Notes under the pieces: model-generated
What the model was told of the DNA's origin: nothing
Databases searched by the model: none
What the model saw: the letters and a program-made list of their open reading frames with translations, nothing else
Assembly: GCA_963755905.1 (NCBI GenBank)
Contig: CAVWLM010000006.1
Location: 869,431 to 933,430, forward strand
DNA: 64,000 nt
Direction of reading: 5' to 3'
Source: an uncultured delta proteobacterium
Lineage (GTDB): Bacteria; Desulfobacterota; Binatia; Binatales; Binataceae
Shown: positions 10,301 through 17,848 of the stretch, in pieces
Layout: each line of letters begins with the position of its first letter
Numbering within the stretch: the stretch's first letter is position 1
Made by a program: the position numbers and the translations under genes

Positions 10301-13300
10301 GTGAACTGCTCCGTCGCGCAGCCTTACCTGACTGCGCTTGCGCGCGAGTGGCTCGTAACGGCGCACGAAGCGCCGGCCGCGGCGATAAGCGACGAGGGGG
10401 TCGCGATCATTGGCGTCGAGTTCGGTGATGATCGGCCGCGCGACTTCGCCGAGCGCGCGGTCGCGCCTGCCGTTGCTTGCGGCAGCGACCGAAGGCATCA
10501 GCAAGTCGATCCGCAGGCATTGCAAATCGGGCAATTCTTTCGAAATTACGCCACAAGGTCCGGCGAGCAGCGCCTGCTCCGGACGATCGGATCGTTCTTC
10601 TTCCGGAGCCTCGAGGCCGTTCGAGCAGGCGGCGAATCGCACGCCGCTCGTAGCTTCGAGTTCCGCCGCAAATGCCTGGGCGAAGAAAAGGACGCTCCAG
10701 AAGCTCGCGGCCTCCGCCTCTTTGAGATCGTCGAGACCGGTGTGCGCCGGCGACAGATCGCCAACGCTCCACAGGTGCAGAATCCGCCGGGGGAGAGAAC
10801 CATCGACACCAAGGGCCGAGGCCAGTTGATCATAGTCTGCCCGGCGGGCCGGCGCGATTTGAATTTCGTCTTTGCCCTGCCGGGTGAAAGCCTCGCCGGC
10901 GCGGACAATAGTTACCTTTTCCCCTCGATCGCGCAGGATGGCGGCGGTGCAATCGCCCAATCCCTGCGCATCCGCGAAAATCAACCACGGACCGGTTGGA
11001 CTACTGGCGGGACCATCGGACCCGGGCAACTCCGCTTCTTTCCATACCGGACGAAACAGCCCAATACCCTCCGCTGCCGCCAATTCCGTTGTGGAGGAAT
11101 CCGGAATTGACGCCACTGGGGCTGACGGGTCGGGATCAATCCAGAAGCGCCGCCGCTCGAACGGATAGCCTGGCAGGGCCACCCGATGACGCTGCTCGCC
11201 GCGATGGTACCGGCGCCAATCGACGGGGCAGCCCGACGCCCACAGCACGCCCAGGGCACGCAGGAAACTCGCATCCGCCGGTGTGTGATCCCTCGCGCCA
11301 GCGAGCGTGTTGATCGTCTGAACGGCGGCGGGCCGCTCAGGATGTTGTGCGATCAGGGATGACAGAGTGCGGCCCGGACCGGCTTCCAGGAAAAGGGCGG
11401 CGTCCGCCTTTAGCAGTGCCGAGGCGCCTTCATAAAAGCGGACGGTGCCCCGTAACTGGCGCGCCCAATAAGCGGGCTGGCTCGCCTCCGCCGCGGCAAT
11501 CCAGTTTCCGGTAGTGCTCGAAACCCAGCGCAGGGACGGCGGTTGAGCCTCAAATCCGCCGATGAAGTTGGCGAATGGCTCCACTATCGGATCCATCATC
11601 GGAGAATGAAACGCGTGGGAGACGTGGAGCCGGCGCGAGTGAAGCTGGCGCCGCTTGAACTCGGCTTCCAATTCTTCGACCGCGTCCGCCGGACCAGCGA
11701 CAACACATTCGTCTTGCGCGTTCACGCTCGCGAGTGAGCAGCGATCATCGAGCAGCGGCGCGACCTCGCTTTCCGCCGCCGCCACTGCCGTCATCACGCC
11801 GGCCGGCAAACTCTGCATCAGGCGTCCGCGTTCGGCGACAATCCGCAAAGTATCATCGAGCGAAAACACTCCGGCAATACAGGCGGCCGCGAACTCGCCG
11901 ACGCTATGGCCAATCATCGCGCTGGGGACGATTCCGAGTGAAGTCCACAACCGCGCCAGCGCATATTCGATGACGAAAAGGGCGGGCTGGGTAATTCGCG
12001 TCTGTGCCAGCAGAGCGGCGGCAGCCGGCTCGGCTTCGGCGGCGGGAAAGATCGCACCGAGCAGATCGATTCCAAGATGAGGCCGCAGAAATTCACAGCA
12101 GTACTCGACGGTCGAGCGAAATTCCGGCTCGCTCTCGAAGAGTCCGCGCGCCATGCCCGGATATTGCGCGCCCTGGCCGGGAAACATGAAGACAACGGCC
12201 TGCCGGCTCTCGGACGCCATTCGCGTGATGACCGCCGCTTCATCCGCTTGGCGTATCGCCGCGGCCGCTTCACGACCGCCGCGGCAGACGACCGCACGCC
12301 GATACGGTAGCGCCGCACGCCCCAGATGGCAGGTGAAGACAACGTCGCTCAGCGATGCTGACTCGCCGCTGTCGAGATAATCAGCCAGGTTGCGCGACAT
12401 CGTTTCGAGGGCGGCCGGCGTCTTGGCGGAGAAAGTCAGCAACTCGCAATTTCGCGGCGGACTCGCGGCGATGGGCGGCGGCGCCTCTTCGAGCACCACG
12501 TGCGCATTGGTGCCGCCTATTCCGAGGGAGGTAACGCCGGCGCGGCGAACGCCGGCCGCCGGCTTCCATTCGCGCAGCGTGGTTGGGACGAAGAATGGGC
12601 TCTCGGCAAAATTGATTAGTGGGTTGGGCTGCTTCCAGTTGGGAGCCGGCGGAATCTGACGATTCTTCAAGGCGAGTGCCGTCTTGATCAGGCCCGCCAC
12701 CCCTGCCGCCGCGTCGAGATGGCCCACGTTGGCTTTCAGGGACTCGACCGCGCAGACGCCGCGGCGGCTGGTCCTGCGAAAGGCTCGCGTCAGAGCCTCC
12801 AGTTCGATCGGATCGCCAACGGTGGTGCCGGTGCCATGGGCCTCGATATAGGAGATCGAATCGGCGTCCACTCCGGCCGCGCCCATCGCTTCAGCGATAA
12901 CTTCGGCCTGGCCGGGGACGCTTGGAGCGAGAAACCCGACCTTGCGGGATCCGTCGTTGTTGATCGCGGTGCCACGAATAATCGCCGTGATCGAATCACC
13001 GTCGCGCAGAGCGTCTTCGAGACGGCGCAGCACGACGACGCCCAGGCCGCTGCCGAAGATGGTTCCGCTCGACTCCGCGTCGAAGGGCCGGCAATGGCCG
13101 TCGCGAGAGAGGATTTCTCCCTCGCGATAAAGGTAGCCGCGCCCATGTGGAATTTCGATCGTGACACCGCCCGCCAGTGCCATATCGCACTCGCCGCTAA
13201 GCAACGACTGGCTCGCCAGATGTACCGCCACCAGCGAGGTCGAGCAGGCGGTCTGCACCGCCAGGCTCGGTCCCGTCAGATTCAACTGGTAAGAAACCCG

Positions 13301-13792
13301 CGTCGCCAGAACATCCTTGTCGTTGCCGGTCTGCTTCAGCACAAAGAGCCCGGCTTCGCTGACCAGCTTGCGGTTCGCGAGCAGGTTGTGAATCAGATAG
13401 GTGTTCATGCCGGAGCCGGCATACACCGCGATTCGGCCATCGAATTGCTCGATCGCCCAGCCCGCATGCTCGAGCGCATGCCACGCGCATTCAAGGAACA
13501 GGCGATGCTGCGGATCCATGATCGCGGCATCTTTCGGGCTGAAGCCGAAAAACGCGGCGTCGAAAAGATCGATGTCATCGAGTATCGCGGCGGCTTTGAC
13601 GTAGGCGGGATTGCGCAAATCGTCCGCGTCAACTCCCGCCGCGAGTAACTGCGCGTCGGTTGGGCGCGCGATGGATTCGATCCCGCCGGCCAGATTGCGC
13701 CAGAATTGATCGATATCCCGCGCACCCGGAAAGCGCCCAGCCATCCCGATGATCGCGATGCCGTCCTGGCTCAAACTTGAGGGTTCTTGCAT
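7316..13792 (-). CDS. Single-module type I polyketide synthase, KS-AT-KR-DH-CP-TE
   Basis: 2158 aa. KS: DTACSTSL, EAHGTGT, KANVGHLDAAAG. AT: GHSVGE and HAFHS (malonyl type). KR: ITGGLGGIG, YAAANAF. DH: HRTRGGVGVFP, FGPRW, HPALLD. Carrier: FFHMGGQSL. TE: FFVHDGDG, GLCAGG, DGGHS. Confidence 0.95.
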   Translation of the reverse strand: MQEPSSLSQDGIAIIGMAGRFPGARDIDQFWRNLAGGIESIARPTDAQLLAAGVDADDLRNPAYVKAAAILDDIDLFDAAFFGFSPKDAAIMDPQHRLFLECAWHALEHAGWAIEQFDGRIAVYAGSGMNTYLIHNLLANRKLVSEAGLFVLKQTGNDKDVLATRVSYQLNLTGPSLAVQTACSTSLVAVHLASQSLLSGECDMALAGGVTIEIPHGRGYLYREGEILSRDGHCRPFDAESSGTIFGSGLGVVVLRRLEDALRDGDSITAIIRGTAINNDGSRKVGFLAPSVPGQAEVIAEAMGAAGVDADSISYIEAHGTGTTVGDPIELEALTRAFRRTSRRGVCAVESLKANVGHLDAAAGVAGLIKTALALKNRQIPPAPNWKQPNPLINFAESPFFVPTTLREWKPAAGVRRAGVTSLGIGGTNAHVVLEEAPPPIAASPPRNCELLTFSAKTPAALETMSRNLADYLDSGESASLSDVVFTCHLGRAALPYRRAVVCRGGREAAAAIRQADEAAVITRMASESRQAVVFMFPGQGAQYPGMARGLFESEPEFRSTVEYCCEFLRPHLGIDLLGAIFPAAEAEPAAAALLAQTRITQPALFVIEYALARLWTSLGIVPSAMIGHSVGEFAAACIAGVFSLDDTLRIVAERGRLMQSLPAGVMTAVAAAESEVAPLLDDRCSLASVNAQDECVVAGPADAVEELEAEFKRRQLHSRRLHVSHAFHSPMMDPIVEPFANFIGGFEAQPPSLRWVSSTTGNWIAAAEASQPAYWARQLRGTVRFYEGASALLKADAALFLEAGPGRTLSSLIAQHPERPAAVQTINTLAGARDHTPADASFLRALGVLWASGCPVDWRRYHRGEQRHRVALPGYPFERRRFWIDPDPSAPVASIPDSSTTELAAAEGIGLFRPVWKEAELPGSDGPASSPTGPWLIFADAQGLGDCTAAILRDRGEKVTIVRAGEAFTRQGKDEIQIAPARRADYDQLASALGVDGSLPRRILHLWSVGDLSPAHTGLDDLKEAEAASFWSVLFFAQAFAAELEATSGVRFAACSNGLEAPEEERSDRPEQALLAGPCGVISKELPDLQCLRIDLLMPSVAAASNGRRDRALGEVARPIITELDANDRDPLVAYRRGRRFVRRYEPLARKRSQVRLRDGAVHVITGGLGGIGLALADAIADSSAKARLVLLSRNGLPAREEWPRLIEAGGALAITLGKIESIERNGTRVMAVAADVTDEAAMVSALAAIHRHFGPVTGVIHTAGTIADAPLLTKSFDDAAAVLAPKVRGTLVVERVFASEPLEYLMLCSSVSSVLAPAGQVDYAAANAFLDAFARTRSGDRSYPVIALQFPRWTDAGMAADRERVLDEPSLEPEGFKIGGASDDEAAFDITLSLADDWVVREHRTRGGVGVFPGTGYIEMILKAAQELIPPEQISIHDLQFKLPLEVASGETRRLRMSLRRNGSDHQFAALVQTRTGWSECASARVVQDRGGGTTAYDLAELRGRCALRELTFAHRQNRIQESFFDFGPRWRTLSRIAFGDGEALADLELSPEFHSDLGDHQIHPALLDMATGAALFLVPNYESLNRAYVPMGYGRISVKKPLPARCHSYLRIRPDTVEDSLVAIFDADILDDEGNVLIEIREFMMRQIRDGLSLDAQRTSARATVIANSGSGKQTGESRDSISSLEGIAAFQRVLDGAYSANVVVFPSDFAALERARPLRAVLAASGKPDSAEAMRDEVERTVAEWWRELLGAESLTPQSDFFHMGGQSLTAMRLSAKIKKTYGVQLSSATIFEAPTIEKLAHRIREGVTPTIGEYPSSIETPGLNPSIHPNSPSNSPSNSRSGALIELRSGGPRSLFFVHDGDGETLLYLNFARRMPEDLAVFAIEPRRIAGVPLAHTTIEDMAAFYVERVRSKQPHGPYLFAGLCAGGTIAYEMAWQLVNAGERVEFLALLESALPRTAERPGRFADQRRARLKQAIADARKSEPAPLKRAFAVTRAIRQKLTGALLWKVSERGNQWWVGARFRLLREVLRRDLAWPRLVQELNVSQIYYSAQARYTPKPLSIPAIVLVRARTGEGADTPYRDIYADKTFGWSIVAPGVTCVDVDGGHSTMLQEHFVDSVAKALLPYLQSKRPANPQAPARDDVTAAGLATQP
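7373..8230 (-). other. Thioesterase domain with Cys at the nucleophile position (aa ~1855-2140)
   Basis: LFFVHDGDGETLLY and GPYLFAGLCAGGTIAYEMA. Cys1930 is codon 8003-8005 (plus strand gca, i.e. TGC). Candidate catalytic His in VDGGHSTM (codon 7454-7456). Confidence 0.8.
8363..8590 (-). other. Carrier protein domain with PCP-like GGxS motif (aa ~1735-1810)
   Basis: DFFHMGGQSLTAMRL; Ser1772 is codon 8477-8479. It is followed by the PNSPSNSPSNS linker. Confidence 0.8.
8843..9640 (-). other. PKS dehydratase (PS-DH) domain located after the KR (aa ~1385-1650)
   Basis: WVVREHRTRGGVGVFPGTGYIEM (catalytic His1405, codon 9578-9580), FFDFGPRW, and HQIHPALLDMATG (catalytic Asp). Confidence 0.75.
9758..11005 (-). 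other. PKS ketoreductase domain (structural + catalytic subdomains, aa ~930-1345)
   Basis: NADPH motif VITGGLGGIGLALA and catalytic Tyr in VDYAAANAFLD. It lies directly after the AT and linker and before the DH. Confidence 0.8.
11243..12196 (-). other. PKS acyltransferase domain, malonyl-CoA type (aa ~533-850)
   Basis: GHSVGE with Ser630 (codon 11903-11905). The HAFH specificity motif (SHAFHSPMM) is classically malonyl-specific. Confidence 0.8.
12488..13765 (-). other. PKS ketosynthase domain (aa ~10-435)
   Basis: Cys183 in TACSTS (codon 13244-13246) plus both catalytic His motifs are present, so it is a condensing KS and not a KSQ. Confidence 0.85.
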
Positions 13793-13810
13793 TGGCCGCC
13801 GTATCAGGCT

Positions 13811-15682
13811 TCAGGTTTGATCTTTTGCGAGATCGGCCGGGCGTCGGCGCCGGGCCAGGGCGGCCCGTCGTGCGGCGCCGCGTTCCATGCCGCTCTCCGA
13901 GGCGGAGTCGCCCGCGGCGCGGCTGCTTACGAAAGACGCGAGCGCACTCACCGTGGGATGCGCAAACAGGTCGGTAATTTTAAGCGGCCGGTCCAACACC
14001 TCGCGCAAAGTGGCGGCGGCTTCAGCGACGATGAGCGAAGTGGCTCCGAGTTCAAAGAAATTCTGGTGCAGTCCGACGATCGCACCCCCGAGCACATCGC
14101 CCAGCACGGCCGCGACTTTTTTCTCGATGATCGTGGCGGGTGCGGCGATTGGGCTTACCGCGCCGGCGGCAGCGGCCGGATCCGGCAGCGCCTTGCGATC
14201 GAGCTTGCCGTTGGGCGTGGTGGGTAGGCTGGGCAGGAAAATGAATGCGGCCGGGACCATGTACTCCGGCAATTTGCGCCGCGCGAGGATGCTCAATTCG
14301 TCAGAGGTGATGGCGTGGCCTTGCTCCGCCACCACGTAGGCCGCAAGTTGAACGACCCCCGAGCGCGCGTACGAAATGACGACGGCCTGCGCTACAGCCG
14401 GATGCTCCCGCAAGACCACTTCGATCTCGCCGGGCTCGACCCGATAACCGCGGATCTTGATCTGCTGGTCCGCACGGCCAAGAAACTCGAGCGAGCCATC
14501 CGGCCGATAGCGGCCGAGATCGCCGGTTCGATACAGCCGTTGTTCCGGCGATGCCCCAAAGGCCATCGTCACAAAGCGTTCCGCGGTCAATTCCGGCCGC
14601 TGCCAATAGCCTCGCGCGACTCCGTCACCGCCAATATAGATCTCGCCGGTTTCGCCATCTGAACACGCGCTGCCATCTTCGCCGACGATGAATACCTGCG
14701 TATTGGCGATTGGCCGGCCGATGGTGACCGGCTCTTCGGGCGTGACTCGCGCGGTGGTCGACCAGATAGTGGTTTCCGTGGGCCCGTACATGTTGAGCAG
14801 ATCGCCCGCGATGGTGCGCGACAGATAATGCGCCAGCGCGAGCGGCAAGGCTTCGCCGCCGAGGAGCAGTTTGCGAAGCAATCGCAGGGACTCAACCACC
14901 CGCGGCCGCCGAACCAGCAACTCGGCCATCGTCGGCGTACATTGAAGATGCGTCACGCGATGGCGCTCCATTTGCGCGGCGACGCCATATTCGCCGGCGG
15001 CCAGGAGCTTTTCCTCGTCGCCCTGAATCACCACGGTAAAGCCGCGCGCGAGCGTCCAGAGCAGTTCCAAAACGGAAATATCAAACGAGATACTCGTCAC
15101 CGCCAGCCACACGCCCGGCCGCGTGCCCAGGACTTCATCCATTCCCACGAAGAAATTGGTGACGTTGCGATGCTCGACCATCACGCCCTTGGGCGTACCG
15201 GTCGATCCCGAGGTGTACATCAGGTAAGCGAGACTGGACGGTTGCGCGCCGGCGATTTCCACCGCTCCGAAACTGTCCGGTCGTTCGCGCGGCTCGTCGA
15301 TTAGAATGATGCGGGCCGGGTGGTCGATGAAACGCGGCGCCAATCCGGTCTCAGTGATCACGGCGGCGGCTCGGCTGTCGTGGACCATGAAGGCCAGCCG
15401 CTCGGCCGGGAATGCGGGATCCAAAGGCAGGTACGCGGCTCCCGCATGCAGCACGGCGAGCATGGCGATCAGCATCTCGAGCGAACGCTCGAGGCAAACC
15501 CCAACCACGCACTCCGGGCCCACGCCGCGTTGCCGCAGGTGCGCCGACAGCTTTGTCACCGCGTCAATCAATTCGCCGTAGTTCAACTCGCGATCGCGGA
15601 AAATCGCCGCGGTGCGCGCTGGAGTAAGACGCGCCTGATGCTCGATTATTTCGTGAATCAATGGCGATTGATCTGCTTTCAT
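13811..15682 (-). CDS. Stand-alone NRPS adenylation-PCP didomain, predicted glycine-activating
   Basis: A-domain core motifs LAYLMYTSGSTGTPKG, FDISVLE, NMYGPTETT, GEIYIGGDGVARGY, YRTGDLGR, KIRGYRVEPGEIE and PNGKLDRKAL. PCP motif FFELGATSL (Ser549). No C domain. The hand-extracted Stachelhaus code is DILQLGMIWK. Confidence 0.93.
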   Translation of the reverse strand: MKADQSPLIHEIIEHQARLTPARTAAIFRDRELNYGELIDAVTKLSAHLRQRGVGPECVVGVCLERSLEMLIAMLAVLHAGAAYLPLDPAFPAERLAFMVHDSRAAAVITETGLAPRFIDHPARIILIDEPRERPDSFGAVEIAGAQPSSLAYLMYTSGSTGTPKGVMVEHRNVTNFFVGMDEVLGTRPGVWLAVTSISFDISVLELLWTLARGFTVVIQGDEEKLLAAGEYGVAAQMERHRVTHLQCTPTMAELLVRRPRVVESLRLLRKLLLGGEALPLALAHYLSRTIAGDLLNMYGPTETTIWSTTARVTPEEPVTIGRPIANTQVFIVGEDGSACSDGETGEIYIGGDGVARGYWQRPELTAERFVTMAFGASPEQRLYRTGDLGRYRPDGSLEFLGRADQQIKIRGYRVEPGEIEVVLREHPAVAQAVVISYARSGVVQLAAYVVAEQGHAITSDELSILARRKLPEYMVPAAFIFLPSLPTTPNGKLDRKALPDPAAAAGAVSPIAAPATIIEKKVAAVLGDVLGGAIVGLHQNFFELGATSLIVAEAAATLREVLDRPLKITDLFAHPTVSALASFVSSRAAGDSASESGMERGAARRAALARRRRPADLAKDQT

Positions 15683-15721
15683 GCTGGCTTCATGGTCGAA
15701 TGCGGCCTCATCGGCCGCGTT

Positions 15722-17479
15722 TCAAGCGCGAGTGACGAGCGCGTCGCCGAGAAACAGGCAATCGATACCGGTTCCTAGGAAGGTTTCGATTGCTTCGCGC
15801 GGAGTATTTACGATCGGTTGGCCCTTCACGTTGAAGCTGGTGTTCAACACCATCTCGCGGCCAGTGACCGAACCGACCTCGCGCAACAGTTGGTGAAATT
15901 CCGGATTGTCTTCGCTCGCCACGGTTTGCACGCGCGCCGATCCATCCACATGAGTAATGGCAGGGAGCGCCGCGCGATACTGCGGACGAACCATCACTGT
16001 CGCAATCATGTAGGGCAGCGCCGTTCCCGGCGCGAGGTCGAACCATCGATCGGCCTGCTCGATTGAGACCGCCGGAGCAAACGGACGAAACGCCTCGCGC
16101 AGCTTGACCATCGCGTTGACCCGGTCGCGCATCTCGGGCCGGCCGGGGTCGGCAAGGATACTGCGGTTGCCCAACGCCCGCGGCCCGAACTCCATCCGCC
16201 CGCGGTACCAGCCGAGTACTTCTCCATCCCGGATCCGCTCGGCGGCGGCCTTGGCCACCCCGCGGAAATCATCGAAGCGGCGCACGCTCACGCGGCCGGA
16301 AAAATCGGCAAGCGCGGCTTCAATCGCTGTCCGATCGTAGACGGGTCCGAGAAAGGGCGTCGGCATGCGGCGCCGCTCGGGAAGCCCTCGCAGCGAGGCG
16401 CGAAACAGTGCCGCGCCGAGCGCGGCGCCATCGTCGCCGGCAGCCGGCTGGACGAAAATCTCGTCGAATAATCCTGACCGCATCAGCAGGCCGTTGGCGG
16501 TGCAGTTCAGGGCTACCCCGCCCGCCATCGCGAGTCTTCGCAATCCCGTCTGTTCGGTATAGTGACTGCAGATGTGGCGGACCACGCGGTTCAGGCAGTC
16601 CTGCAAAGCCGCCGCGAGGTCACGATGAGCTTGCGTGATTTCGCCGTCCGGCTCACGCGCGGGAATGAGCCTGTCGGCCAGCCATTCCCGCGTTTTCAGA
16701 TAATTTTCGCGTTCATCACGGGTGCGATTGAGCCGCAGTATCGGAATCCGCACCGCGCCCGCGGGACGGTATTCCACCATCTCATCAAAGGCCGCCTGGT
16801 AGCGGCGGGGATCGCCGTATGGCGCCAGACCCATGATCTTGTATTCATCGGAATTGAAATCGAAACCGAGATGAAGCGTTATCAACGAGTAAAGAATACC
16901 GATCGAGTCGCTGGCCGAGATTTGCCCAAGGCGGCGCAGTTCACCATTGCGGGCGTGGAAGATCGAGGCGCCTTGAGTTTCTCCCATCGCATCGATCACA
17001 ACGGTCAGGCATTCATCCCATCCTGAGGCGAAGCAGGCGCTTGCCGCATGGCATAGGTGATGGCTTACCTGGTGGACATTCTCGAGCGGAAAATCAGGCG
17101 CGAATTCCTCCACGCCGTCGAGAAAAGCTTCCTTCGAGAAGACTTCGGCGAAAAGGCGCTCGCTTACAGGGTCGAGCGAGTAAATTTCCTCGAACGGTTC
17201 GTAGTTGAATGCATGAGCGATTTCGCTCACGTCCGAGAGGCCTATACCGGCTTGTCGCAGGCAAAAGGCCGCCGCCTCGCGGGGAAAGGCGCCCGAGTGT
17301 TTCTGGCGATTGAAGCGTTCTTCAGCGGCGGCGGCGACGATCCGGCCGTCCACAATTAAGGCGGCGGCGGCGTCGTATCCTTGTGAGATGCGATATTCCC
17401 GTTCATCAAGATATGGCCAGTTCTCGCGTTTGAAACGAAGGGAATTGGCAAGCCCGCTGATTCCTAGGATGGCTGTCAT
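15722..17479 (-). CDS. Carbamoyltransferase (NodU/CmcH family)
   Basis: 585 aa. N-terminus MTAILGISGL...DAAAALIVDGRIVAAAAEERFNRQKH is typical of the NodU/CmcH/TobZ-type ASKHA domain, and the C-terminal half is YrdC-like. It is the first gene of the operon, 39 nt upstream of the A-PCP. Confidence 0.9.
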   Translation of the reverse strand: MTAILGISGLANSLRFKRENWPYLDEREYRISQGYDAAAALIVDGRIVAAAAEERFNRQKHSGAFPREAAAFCLRQAGIGLSDVSEIAHAFNYEPFEEIYSLDPVSERLFAEVFSKEAFLDGVEEFAPDFPLENVHQVSHHLCHAASACFASGWDECLTVVIDAMGETQGASIFHARNGELRRLGQISASDSIGILYSLITLHLGFDFNSDEYKIMGLAPYGDPRRYQAAFDEMVEYRPAGAVRIPILRLNRTRDERENYLKTREWLADRLIPAREPDGEITQAHRDLAAALQDCLNRVVRHICSHYTEQTGLRRLAMAGGVALNCTANGLLMRSGLFDEIFVQPAAGDDGAALGAALFRASLRGLPERRRMPTPFLGPVYDRTAIEAALADFSGRVSVRRFDDFRGVAKAAAERIRDGEVLGWYRGRMEFGPRALGNRSILADPGRPEMRDRVNAMVKLREAFRPFAPAVSIEQADRWFDLAPGTALPYMIATVMVRPQYRAALPAITHVDGSARVQTVASEDNPEFHQLLREVGSVTGREMVLNTSFNVKGQPIVNTPREAIETFLGTGIDCLFLGDALVTRA

Positions 17480-17848
17480 TTGGCTTATTAAACGCTAGTG
17501 TTGGCCGCTTGAGCCAATCTAACATGAAATAAATATCATTGACCTTCTTATAATGCGCGTTGAGCGCGTCTGGGTCAAGACCGAAGTTTCTGGCTTAAAA
17601 ATAGCGCGGATACAGCTTACGCGAGGCTATACGGAGGCACGCTTCGCGGCCGATTGCATAAGCAACTCTATCGGATCGAATTAGCTTGGTGTCTTTCGGT
17701 CCGGACACGTGCATTTTTTAGGGCAGGATGGGACTCGGACGGTCGACCCCGGATATGGTCTTCAGGAGGCGCATGGCGCCCCGGTATCGGCCGGGACGCC
17801 GTCCTCTAGGTTGCGTCAAGCGACGTGGCGGCGCGCAGTTCGATGGGA

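Noticed and set aside
12719-13648. 309-aa plus-strand ORF, plus many other 60-270-aa ORFs between 7.3 and 17.5 kb on the plus strand
   Set aside because: All lie antisense to, or out of frame within, the PKS, A-PCP and carbamoyltransferase genes, whose domain motifs are unambiguous.
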